Source: an uncultured Myxococcales bacterium
GTDB lineage: Bacteria > Myxococcota_A > Polyangia > Palsa-1104 > JAEUJZ01
NCBI GenBank assembly: GCA_937879845.1
Contig: CALFML010000356.1
Location: 1 to 63,764 of the forward strand
Direction: 5' to 3'
DNA length: 63,764 bases
Of this stretch, positions 42,967 to 51,371 are shown piece after piece. The notes below the pieces were generated by a model. That model searched no databases. It saw only the letters and a list, made by a program, of their open reading frames with translations, and was not told the DNA's origin. A program made the position numbers and the translations under genes. Within the stretch, counting starts at the first letter, position 1, and every line of letters starts with the position of its first letter.

Positions 42967-44457
42967 ATGCGCGGGCACTTTTTCGTATCGCTGCTGGTCG
43001 TTCTGGGGCTGCTGTTTGGGCGCGGCTCCGTTGCCTCTGCGCATGTCGGCAGCCCGGATGTCTTTTACGAAGGGGACGCCGGCCCCTACAAGCTGTACGT
43101 CACCATCCGTCCGCCCGAGGTAATTCCCGGCGTCGCCGACATCCAGATCCGCGCGGCGCAGGATGATCTCACCGAGCTGCGCATCGTGCCGCTGCCGCTA
43201 AGCGGCGACGGCGCAGTCTTCGCCCCGACCCCGGATCAGGCCGCGCGCCTAGTCGCCGACCCGCAGACCTTCACCGGCCACCTGTGGATGATGACCGCCG
43301 GCTCTTGGCAGGTGCGCATCCTCGCCGACGGGCGGCGCGGCAAGGGCGAGCTGGCGGTGCCGGTGCCGACGCTGCCGCAGCGCACGGCGGGCATGCAGAC
43401 GGCGCTTTCCGTGGTGCTGTTCGCGCTGCTGCTCATCCTGGTCGGGGGCCTGCTCAGCATCATCGGCGCCAGCAGCGGGGAGGCGCAGCTGACCCCGGGC
43501 GAAGCGGTGACGGCGGACATCGTGCGGCGGCGGCGGCGGGCGCAGCTTGTGGCGGCGCTGATTCTGGGACTCCTGCTTCTCGGCGGGGCGCGGTGGTGGC
43601 AGACCGAGGCGCGGCGCGCGGCGGAGAATGTCTATCGGCCGCTGCAGATGACCGCGGCGGTGCAGGACGGGCGGCTGGAGCTGCGGCTGCGCAGCTCGGG
43701 CTGGCAGGAGCAGCGGCTTGATGATCTCCTGCCGGATCACGATCACCTGATGCACCTTTTCATGCTCCGCGTTCCGGAGTTCGAGCAGATCTTCCATCTC
43801 CACCCGAGCGAGCGTGCGGAGGGCGTCTTCACCGTGTCTCTGCCCGCCGCTCCGGCCGGCCGCTACAAGCTGTACGCCGACGTCGTGCATGCCACCGGCG
43901 TCCCGGAGACCCTGGTGGCGGAGCTGACCCTGCCGGACGCGCTTGCCGGAACCCCTCTGGCCGGAGATGACGCGGCGGGTCAGGCCCCGCCGCTTTCGCA
44001 GGCCGATCCGCAGCGCGCGGCCTCGCCGCTTGCCGACGGTGCGCGCATGGTCTGGCAGCGCGAGCCGGGCGAGCTTGTGGCGCGGGCTCCGGGCGTGTTC
44101 CGTTTCCGGGTTGAAGACGCGAGCGGCCAGCCGGCGACCGATCTGCAGCTGTACATGGGAATGCTCGGCCACGCCGCGTTCGTAAAGCGCGACGGCAGCG
44201 TCTTCGCGCATGTCCACCCCTCGGGCTCGGTACCGATGGCGGCTTTATCGCTGACCGCTTCCGCGGCGGCGCCGGCGCACCACCATCAGGCGGGCCAGCT
44301 CCCGGCCGAGGTCGGCTTCCCCTACGGCTTCCCAAGCCCGGGCGACTACCGCATCTTCATCCAGATCAAGCGCCAAGGCCGCATCGAGACCGGCGTCTTC
44401 GATGCCCATGTGTCCGCTTCCAGCTCTGCTTCAACCAGCTCCGCTTTTAGAAGATAG
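42967..44457 (+). CDS. Secreted/membrane-anchored His-rich protein, putative metal-binding
   Basis: ATG 42967 lies 3 nt after the upstream stop; the track ORF from 42160 is an out-of-frame high-GC artefact upstream. The signal ...GSVASA|HVGSP would leave an N-terminal His. Two central TM helices. His motifs: PDHDHLMHLF, FHLHPSE, FAHVHPSG, PAHHHQ. Confidence 0.6.
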   Translation: MRGHFFVSLLVVLGLLFGRGSVASAHVGSPDVFYEGDAGPYKLYVTIRPPEVIPGVADIQIRAAQDDLTELRIVPLPLSGDGAVFAPTPDQAARLVADPQTFTGHLWMMTAGSWQVRILADGRRGKGELAVPVPTLPQRTAGMQTALSVVLFALLLILVGGLLSIIGASSGEAQLTPGEAVTADIVRRRRRAQLVAALILGLLLLGGARWWQTEARRAAENVYRPLQMTAAVQDGRLELRLRSSGWQEQRLDDLLPDHDHLMHLFMLRVPEFEQIFHLHPSERAEGVFTVSLPAAPAGRYKLYADVVHATGVPETLVAELTLPDALAGTPLAGDDAAGQAPPLSQADPQRAASPLADGARMVWQREPGELVARAPGVFRFRVEDASGQPATDLQLYMGMLGHAAFVKRDGSVFAHVHPSGSVPMAALSLTASAAAPAHHHQAGQLPAEVGFPYGFPSPGDYRIFIQIKRQGRIETGVFDAHVSASSSASTSSAFRR

Positions 44458-44569
44458 ATTCCCAAGCAGACAGGAGCAGTGAATCACCCTCCTCATCCGT
44501 GATCGCGGCTCGCCGCCGCGCTTAGTCATGCTAGGGTGGGCGCGGACCCATACGAGCTAGGAGTCTCCC

Positions 44570-44974
44570 ATGACCGCACAAGTTTCGTCCTCGGCAGAGC
44601 CGAGCAAAGCGATGCTCTGGACCGGAAGGATCCTGAGCCTGATTCCCACCCTGATGCTGCTGTTTAGCGCCTCCATGAAGCTCATGCACGGCCCCCAGGT
44701 GGTGGAGGGATTTGCCAAGTTTGGCTACGCCGAAAAAGTGATCACTCCCCTTGGCGTGGTCGAGGTTCTCTGCGCCCTTTTGTACGCGATTCCGCAGACC
44801 AGCGTCCTTGGCGCCATCCTCTGCACGGGATATCTCGGCGGAGCCATCGCGACCCACGTACGCGCCGGCGAGGGCTTCGCCCCAGCGCTGATTCTGGGCG
44901 TGATCGTGTGGGCCGGGCTGTTCCTGCGCGAGCGCCGGCTGCAGGCGCTGCTGCCCCTGCGGCGGATGGCGTAG
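44570..44974 (+). CDS. DoxX-like small membrane protein
   Basis: TAGGAG SD. Four hydrophobic helices. GRILSLIPTLMLLFSASMKL..PLGVVEVLCALLYAIPQTSVLGAILCTGYLGGAIATH. Confidence 0.7.
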   Translation: MTAQVSSSAEPSKAMLWTGRILSLIPTLMLLFSASMKLMHGPQVVEGFAKFGYAEKVITPLGVVEVLCALLYAIPQTSVLGAILCTGYLGGAIATHVRAGEGFAPALILGVIVWAGLFLRERRLQALLPLRRMA

Positions 44975-44998
44975 GAGCAGCGTAGAGGGACTGCTATG

Positions 44999-45119
44999 GA
45001 CACCTAACAAAACCGTAGCGAGGATGCTCAGCCGCGGTACCTGGCGCGCGGAGCGGCCTTGTGGCCGTGAGCACGGCAGGTGCCGTGGATGGGCACCGCA
45101 GTAGGTTTTGTTAGGTGTT
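44999..45119. repeat. Long-range inverted repeat (15/16 bp arms) enclosing ~90 nt with internal hairpins, between convergent genes
   Basis: gacacctaacaaaacc (44999-45014) versus ggttttgttaggtgt (45104-45118). Internal stems are gccgtg/cacggc and ggtgcc/ggcacc. The right arm abuts the lipase stop codon (45120-45122). Confidence 0.7.
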
Positions 45120-46586
45120 CTAAGGCGTGCCGCGGCACTTGACCGGTGCCGCGAGCTGGCAGGAGTGCGCGGCGTCGGCGGTCTTGCCGGCGAAGCGATC
45201 ACGGACGAAGTCGACGATTTCCGGCAGCGCCCACGTGGTCGCCTTGGTGTGGCTGGCGCCGGCGCACTCCAGAAATTGCATCGCCATCCCTTGCTGGCAC
45301 AGCATGGTGAAGCTGCGCTGCTCGGTCGGCGGATCGACCAGAGTATCGGACTCGCCCAGCACGAACAGGACATCGTAGCCGGGCGACTTGGGAGCAAGGC
45401 GCTTGACGGACGTGGTGGTGAGCCCGTTTTCCGCCACCATGCACCCCCACGGCACGAGCGCGCGCAGACCGTCGGGGACCGCCGCCGCATCGAGCAGCGT
45501 CTTTGCGAACACTTCCTTCAGGTCCTTGTCCTTGAACGAGCTGCCGGGGTTGCAGGTCGACGCCAGCTCGGCCGGAATGTCCTTGTCGAGCGGCGAGACG
45601 AACACGCCCGCGAGCTGGTCGCGGACGCCGTACCAGTCGCTGGCGGCGCCAAAGAACGCCGCCATGTTGGCGCTGGCCGGGACCTTGGCGGTGAGCGCCC
45701 GCGTCCCTTCGCCGATGAGATCGGCGGGCGGCACGGTGGCGACCACGCCCACGTGCTGCAGCTCCTGCGCGTAGTAAGGGGCCAGGCGGTCCACCCACAG
45801 CGCCGCGTGCCCCCCTTGCGAGCCGCCGACCGTGGCAAAGCGCATGGACGTGCACAGCGGGGCGGGGTTTTGCGCCAGCAGCTTGCCGGCAGCGCGCACC
45901 GCATCCAAGGAGGCGAGCGCGGTCGGCTGGCCGACCAAGTACGGATGAAGAAATCCCGTCGGCTCGCCTAGACCGCGCAAGCCGATGTAGTCGGGAGCCA
46001 CGACGACGTAGCCAAGCGATGCGAACGCGGCGACAAGCGGCCGCGCATCGGTGGTATTGGAAGGGGCGCAGCTATCGGTAAATCCGGCCGTGCCGTGCAG
46101 GACCAGGAGCACATCGATGCTGCTCTTGGCGGCCAGATCGGAAGGATAGGCGACGAGCGCCGTGGCCGTGAGCGCGCGCCCGCGATCCTGAGTCTTATAG
46201 CTTATCTGATCCAGATCGACCTCGTGCACCGGACCTTGCGGCGTGACATGGCTGAGCGCCAAGAGCACGCCCAGGGCGTCGGCGGTGAAGTGATCATGCA
46301 GGCCTTTTTCCACGACATCGCCGAGCGTCTTGTCGCTGCGCCATGCGAAAGCGGGAACGCCGCAGTGGGCGGCGGCGCCGGCCAGCTGCATGGTCTCCGC
46401 CGACTGGCCGACAAGCGGCGGGCGCAGCGGGCAGACCTCGCCGGGGCCGGCATCTTCTACAGGGGGCGGCAGATCAGCAGGGGCGGAGGTGCAGCTCATC
46501 GCCGCCCAAAAGGGCAGCGATGCCGCGATAAGGAATCGGGCGCGGGTACGGGTAGGCATGGTGGCGGGCAGTATAGAGGGGACCAT
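45120..46586 (-). CDS. Secreted alpha/beta-hydrolase, LIP (secretory lipase) family-like
   Basis: Lipobox-like FWAAMSC. Nucleophile elbow VGGSQGGHAALWV followed by YAQEL. The start could be 46586 or 46559. Confidence 0.65.
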   Translation of the reverse strand: MVPSILPATMPTRTRARFLIAASLPFWAAMSCTSAPADLPPPVEDAGPGEVCPLRPPLVGQSAETMQLAGAAAHCGVPAFAWRSDKTLGDVVEKGLHDHFTADALGVLLALSHVTPQGPVHEVDLDQISYKTQDRGRALTATALVAYPSDLAAKSSIDVLLVLHGTAGFTDSCAPSNTTDARPLVAAFASLGYVVVAPDYIGLRGLGEPTGFLHPYLVGQPTALASLDAVRAAGKLLAQNPAPLCTSMRFATVGGSQGGHAALWVDRLAPYYAQELQHVGVVATVPPADLIGEGTRALTAKVPASANMAAFFGAASDWYGVRDQLAGVFVSPLDKDIPAELASTCNPGSSFKDKDLKEVFAKTLLDAAAVPDGLRALVPWGCMVAENGLTTTSVKRLAPKSPGYDVLFVLGESDTLVDPPTEQRSFTMLCQQGMAMQFLECAGASHTKATTWALPEIVDFVRDRFAGKTADAAHSCQLAAPVKCRGTP

Positions 46587-46619
46587 GCCCCCGCACGACA
46601 GAAATGGTCGCGAGCGTTC

Positions 46620-47435
46620 TTACGGGACCGGTATGGTGCCGCAGATGAAATCGCTGACGGTGGTCGGCCGGGTCATCGGGACCGTGCAGGTATCGACGGC
46701 GCAGCGGCCGCTCAGGCACTGCGGATCGGAGGTGCAGGGCTGGCCACCGGCCTGGGGCAGACCGCAGATGCCGCTCGATAGACAGACCAAGGCGGTGCCG
46801 CACGGGGCGGTGGCGCTGCAGGCGTCGTTGAGGGCGCCGGCCAGCAGATTCGACTTGCAGACCCCGGTGCCGCCGATATCGCACGAGCTGCCGGGCATGC
46901 AGCGCACCGTGCCGTCGCAGGCATCGCCGACGTTGAGCGTGCGCCGGCACCGCGACTGCGGCGGCTTGAGGCTGCTGTCGAGCGCGCAGTACGTGTTTGG
47001 CGCGCAGTAGTCGGTCGTCTGGCTGCACGCCACGCCCAGGGGCAGGGCGCCTTGGAGGATGCCGACGCAGGCGCGCGCCGCGGGCGTGGGATCGATGGTG
47101 GCCACATACTGGGTGCAGTTGACGTAGAGCGCCGCGCTGGCGTCCAGACACGCGCGCCCCTGGTCCGGGTTGTAGGTGACAAGTCCCTGGGTCAGCGCGA
47201 ACTCGGTGTTCTTGATCGAGTTATTGAAAGTCGCATCGGCAGAGGTCGAGCAGCGCCGGCCGCAGCAGCGGAAGCTGCGCTCGCAGCTAAGCTGGGCGCT
47301 CTGGCGCGCGTAGTCCCGGTAGGACGCAGGCGTGTCGGCGCCGCAGCCCAGAAGCGACATGAACAGCACCGGAGCGGCGGCCCAGGCGCCGGCCAAGCGA
47401 CGCGGCTCAGTGCGAGGAGTGGGTGACTTCATCAA
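46620..47435 (-). CDS. Cys-rich lipoprotein (myxobacterial Cys-rich repeat type)
   Basis: ATGA overlap with the upstream gene. Lipobox SLLGC. More than 25 Cys arranged in G..C....C..G..C-type repeats. Confidence 0.65.
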   Translation of the reverse strand: MMKSPTPRTEPRRLAGAWAAAPVLFMSLLGCGADTPASYRDYARQSAQLSCERSFRCCGRRCSTSADATFNNSIKNTEFALTQGLVTYNPDQGRACLDASAALYVNCTQYVATIDPTPAARACVGILQGALPLGVACSQTTDYCAPNTYCALDSSLKPPQSRCRRTLNVGDACDGTVRCMPGSSCDIGGTGVCKSNLLAGALNDACSATAPCGTALVCLSSGICGLPQAGGQPCTSDPQCLSGRCAVDTCTVPMTRPTTVSDFICGTIPVP

Positions 47436-48247
47436 AATACTCCCATTGCGCCAAAGTTTAAGAAGAACGCCGTGGTTCCCCGCTGGTTGGTCTGATTCCC
47501 AGAGGGGTTATCGATAAACGTAAACAGGTGGTCGCCGGAGATTCCGGTGAGCAGGTTGAACGCCAGCTGCGGCAGCGCCCAGAACCGCAGACCGGGAGCG
47601 ATGCGGTACTGCAGGTAGAACGTGGACTGGTTGTCCACCACCTGCTGCTCCACCGGCAGCTCCGGCTCCTGATAACTCCGGGCGACGATGGAGCCGAGCC
47701 CGACCTGAAGTGCGCCCAGGAACTCGATGCGCTGATCGCTGCTGCGCAGAATCGCCACCTGGGCGCCCGGCGAAAACACGAAGCCGGTGTTGGAGACGAC
47801 GCCGCGGGCGGTGTTGCGGCCGTCGCTATAGATCGTCTCGGTATCGAAGCTGGAGATATCAAATCCCAACCCGAAGACCCAGCGATTGAGCTTGTAGCCG
47901 CCAAAGACGCCGCCCTGCAGGGGGGTCTGCGATGGGGTGTTGCTGCCATCTGCAGCGATCATAAAAAGCCGGGCGGAAAAGTTACAGAGCAGCGCGAATC
48001 CGCGGTCGCGCTGCCGGGTTAGAAGCGGCGCGGCGACTGGTGGTGGCGGCGCCGGACGCAGGGCGGCGGGCGCCGGCTCGGAGTCGGGTTCGACCGCGGG
48101 CGCGGCCGCGGGCAGGGCCGCGGGCAGAGCCGCTCCCGGCGCCGTGGGCGGGGGCGTGTCGGCGTGAGCGAGAAGCGGCGCGCCGCCCAAAAAGGATGCC
48201 AGGCAAAGACCCCAGCGGACCGCACACGCACTAGAATATCCGGACAT
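47432..48247 (-). CDS. Small outer-membrane beta-barrel-like protein
   Basis: ATG 48247 with GAGGAGG 8 nt upstream; the track start at 48271 is a TTG. Signal peptide, Pro/Ala-rich linker, amphipathic beta strands and C-terminal ...NFGAMGVF. Confidence 0.55.
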   Translation of the reverse strand: MSGYSSACAVRWGLCLASFLGGAPLLAHADTPPPTAPGAALPAALPAAAPAVEPDSEPAPAALRPAPPPPVAAPLLTRQRDRGFALLCNFSARLFMIAADGSNTPSQTPLQGGVFGGYKLNRWVFGLGFDISSFDTETIYSDGRNTARGVVSNTGFVFSPGAQVAILRSSDQRIEFLGALQVGLGSIVARSYQEPELPVEQQVVDNQSTFYLQYRIAPGLRFWALPQLAFNLLTGISGDHLFTFIDNPSGNQTNQRGTTAFFLNFGAMGVF

Positions 48248-48260
48248 AGCAGGAACCTCC

Positions 48261-50777
48261 TCAATCGCCAAGACCCAGAGCCCTGCGCCGTGAGCGCCGC
48301 AATAGCGCCAGCATGCAGAGCGTAATCAACGCGGCGGCGGCGGCGGCCGGGGGAGAGCCGCGCATCGCTGCCAGCTCGCAGCCGACCGCCTGAGAGCTGC
48401 CGCCCGACGGCGCGTACGAAAGCGGCACGTCCGAGGTGCAGACGTTGGCGCGGCAGCTGCCAAAGGCGCACGGCATGCCTTCTCCGACCCCGTTGTCGGT
48501 CGGGCACTGCGGCCCGGCGCCGTCGCAGGACTCGGCAACGTCGCACTCATTGGCTTGGGCTCGGCACACCCGGCCGGCCGGCATCACGCGGCAGGTGCCG
48601 TTGACGCTGGCGCCGGCGCTGACGCTGCAGGCCTGACAGTCGGACTGGCTGTTGCCGCCGCAGGCGGTGTCGCAGCAGACGCCATCGACGCAGAAGTTGG
48701 TCGCGCACTCGCCCGCGGAGAGACAGCTTACGCCCTGCAGCTTGCCGCTGCGGCAGGTGCTGTTGATGCAGATGTTGCTGACGCACTGGGCCGGCGTGGC
48801 GCACGGATCGCCGGTCGACAGGCCGCGGAAAAAGACATACGCCGCCCCGCGCCGGGAGAACGACTCGGTGCGCAGCGGCACGCCGGTGACGATGGTGTCG
48901 CCGGAGATGGAGGCGGCCGCGCCGAGCTGATCGCCGGCAACGGCGTCCGCCGCGGTAAGCTTCATCTGCTGCGTCCAGGTGGTCCCGCTGCGCGTCCAGG
49001 CGTAGGCCGCTCCCGAATCGGTCCCTCCGAGCGCGGTGTCGGCAAACGGTGAGCCCACGACCGCGGTATCGGTGGCGATCGACACGGCGGAACCGAAAAG
49101 ATCGCCCGCGGCGCCGTCGGCCGCGATGAGCTTCTGCTGCGGCGCCCACGCCGTGCCGCTGCGCAGATAGACATAGGCCGCGCCGGCGTTGCTGCCGCCC
49201 GCGGTGTCGGCCTGCGGCGAACCTACCACCGCCGTATCAATGGAGATGGCCACCGCGCTTCCGAACAGATCCGTGGTGAGTCCGTCCGCTGCTCCAAGCT
49301 GCATCTGCTGCGCCCACGTAACGCCGCTGCGCAGAAACACATAGGCCGAGCCCGCGTCGACACCACCGGCCGTCGTATCATCGCGCGGCGCGCCGACGAC
49401 CGCCGTGTTTCCCGACAGCGCCACCGCGCTGCCAAAGGCGTCGGCGGCAAGCGCATCGCCGGCCACAAGCCGCTGCTGCTGCGCCCAGGTCGTGCCGGTG
49501 CGGAAAAATACGTAAGCGGCGCCGGCATCGGTCTGACCCGTCAGATCCACGCCCGGGGCGCCGATGACCACCGTATCCACGTCCACGGCGATGCTGCGGC
49601 CCAGATAGTCATTGGTCAGCGCACCGGTGACCGTGAGCCGCGCCTGCTCCGTCCAGGTCGTACCGCTGCGTACGTAGACGTAGGCCTGGCCGGCGTTTGT
49701 CGCACCGGCGAAGTGGTTCGGCGCGCCGATGACCGCCGTGTCGCCGGAGATTCCTACCGCGTAGCCGAACTGGTCGTTCGAATTGTAGTCGCTGGCGAGC
49801 AAGCGCTGCTGCTGCGTCCACTGGCCGCCGGCGCGGACGAACACATAGGCCGCGCCCTGATTCGTCGAGAAGTAGTCATGAAGCGGATCGCCGATGATTG
49901 CGGTATCGCCGGCGATCGCCACGCTGCTGCCCAAGGTGTCGCCGGCTATGCCGTCGCTTGAAAGAAGCTTCATCTGCTGCGACCAGATGAGCGGATCCAC
50001 CGTCACCGGATATTGCGCCGCGCGGTCATCGACGCGGATCGCCAGCTGCCGTCCGTGCAGAGAAAGCTCGGCCGGCAGCCGCTTGTGCGCCGCGTCGTAG
50101 GCATACAGATCCGAGTATGAAAGCCGCACTTGGCCGGCGGCGTTGCGCAGCTCCAGCCGCTGTCCCGCGGCCGCGTCCGTATCGCGCAAAAGCGTCGGCG
50201 TCAGATCGGTGTCCCACTCCAGGTTGAACACCAGTCCGGAGGCGGCGCGGCACGGCGGCGTGTTGACAGTGAAGCCTTGCTCAAGTCCTAAAGGACCGTT
50301 GACATACCACTCCGTGAGTCCGGCGCGGGCGTATTCGATGCGGTTTTGGGAGGAGCGCGGCACGGTGGCGGTGCTGCGCTGCGGCGCCTCGGGACAGCCG
50401 TAGCTTTGCAGCGCCCAAGAGGCGCGGAAGTCCGCCGCGCCCTCTGCGGAAGTGAGCCGAATGCCCGCCGCATCGGAGTGTGCGGCCAGCTTCTGCCGCG
50501 GGTTTGCAGCCCTGCCGGAGGGCGCCACCGCATATGCGGTGCTCGTCGCCGCATCGCTCTGCACGGCGGCGATATAAGCAGCGCGCAGGCCGCTTTCCAC
50601 CGGGGTGTCGGTACGCGCCGCGCTCTGGTCGGCCTGGCTCGTCATCACGGCGGCGCTTTTAAGCGGTCCGCTACCCGCGTAAGCGCTGCCGCAGGTGCAA
50701 AAAAGCGGCACGAGCGCCCACGCGAGATGGGACTTCCGAGATGGCGCGACCGATATAGGCGACGGGTAAGACAGCAT
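48261..50777 (-). CDS. Secreted FG-GAP (integrin-alpha-like) repeat protein with Cys-rich repeats and MYXO-CTERM-type tail
   Basis: ATG 50777 with AGGAGG 8 nt upstream. About 8 repeats of the type LGxSVAIxGDTAVxGxP...GAAYVF. Cys-rich C-terminal region, then tail GGSSQAVGCELA..LITLCMLALLRRSRRR. Confidence 0.8.
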   Translation of the reverse strand: MLSYPSPISVAPSRKSHLAWALVPLFCTCGSAYAGSGPLKSAAVMTSQADQSAARTDTPVESGLRAAYIAAVQSDAATSTAYAVAPSGRAANPRQKLAAHSDAAGIRLTSAEGAADFRASWALQSYGCPEAPQRSTATVPRSSQNRIEYARAGLTEWYVNGPLGLEQGFTVNTPPCRAASGLVFNLEWDTDLTPTLLRDTDAAAGQRLELRNAAGQVRLSYSDLYAYDAAHKRLPAELSLHGRQLAIRVDDRAAQYPVTVDPLIWSQQMKLLSSDGIAGDTLGSSVAIAGDTAIIGDPLHDYFSTNQGAAYVFVRAGGQWTQQQRLLASDYNSNDQFGYAVGISGDTAVIGAPNHFAGATNAGQAYVYVRSGTTWTEQARLTVTGALTNDYLGRSIAVDVDTVVIGAPGVDLTGQTDAGAAYVFFRTGTTWAQQQRLVAGDALAADAFGSAVALSGNTAVVGAPRDDTTAGGVDAGSAYVFLRSGVTWAQQMQLGAADGLTTDLFGSAVAISIDTAVVGSPQADTAGGSNAGAAYVYLRSGTAWAPQQKLIAADGAAGDLFGSAVSIATDTAVVGSPFADTALGGTDSGAAYAWTRSGTTWTQQMKLTAADAVAGDQLGAAASISGDTIVTGVPLRTESFSRRGAAYVFFRGLSTGDPCATPAQCVSNICINSTCRSGKLQGVSCLSAGECATNFCVDGVCCDTACGGNSQSDCQACSVSAGASVNGTCRVMPAGRVCRAQANECDVAESCDGAGPQCPTDNGVGEGMPCAFGSCRANVCTSDVPLSYAPSGGSSQAVGCELAAMRGSPPAAAAAALITLCMLALLRRSRRRALGLGD

Positions 50778-50922
50778 CAAGACACCCTCCTATGGCAAGT
50801 GATCGGGCGCCGCCCTTCCGGTGCGATGAAGCTCGTTCCGGATTCCCAGCTCGTGATGCGGAAGTGAATCGTATTCCGGAGTGGGTGCATGGAGGACCTG
50901 GGAGCGACCCTGCGCTGATTGA

Positions 50923-50938
50923 AGCAAGCGTCTTGCCA
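50923..50938 (-). promoter_or_regulatory. sigma54-type -24/-12 promoter candidate (TGGCAA-N5-TTGCT)
   Basis: Minus strand reads aTGGCAAgacgcTTGCTtca, with one mismatch to consensus. About 145 nt upstream of ATG 50777. Confidence 0.55.
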
Positions 50939-51129
50939 TCTATGCAGACTGCCGATGCGATGCCGCTGCAGCACCGCTGCGACAAAAACTCACCCCGCCG
51001 CCCGCCGGTCCCATGGGCCTGGAATCGGCGCAGAGCCCCCTAACTATAGAGGATGCCGGCTTTTTGTCGGGCATACAAGCCCAAGCTGCGGCGGCTTTTT
51101 GACCGCTGCGAACTTTCTGCCGACCGGGT

Positions 51130-51146
51130 ACATGTCCCGGACATGT
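51130..51146. promoter_or_regulatory. Perfect 17-bp palindrome ACATGTCC-C-GGACATGT (candidate operator)
   Basis: Read directly. Lies in the 590-bp non-coding gap between the divergent FG-GAP operon and the hybrid kinase gene. Confidence 0.4.
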
Positions 51147-51167
51147 TCTTGCGGATCGGGATTACCC

Positions 51168-51196
51168 GGAAGGCGACCTGGAAGGCGACCTGGAAG
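51168..51196. repeat. 12-bp tandem repeat ggaaggcgacct x2.4
   Basis: Read directly: 51168-51179, 51180-51191, then a partial unit ggaag. Confidence 0.85.
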
Positions 51197-51371
51197 ATTC
51201 CCTGCGGATGATTGCCCTTGTCGCGCCGCCCGCCTGGCCGTTCCGCCGCGGCGAGAGCGCAGGGAAAAATCAGGCAGCGTCTATTAAATGCGGCGCCGCC
51301 GGGCGGCCGGAAGACGAAAGAAGGTTGCATGAAAGGAAGGCCAGCGGCATGATCAGCCTCGAGGCAGAGGG

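Noticed and set aside
51191-51206. TGGAAG-attcc-CTGCG upstream of the hybrid histidine kinase.
   Set aside because: It is a poor match outside the GG/GC cores and is simply the tail of the 12-bp tandem repeat.
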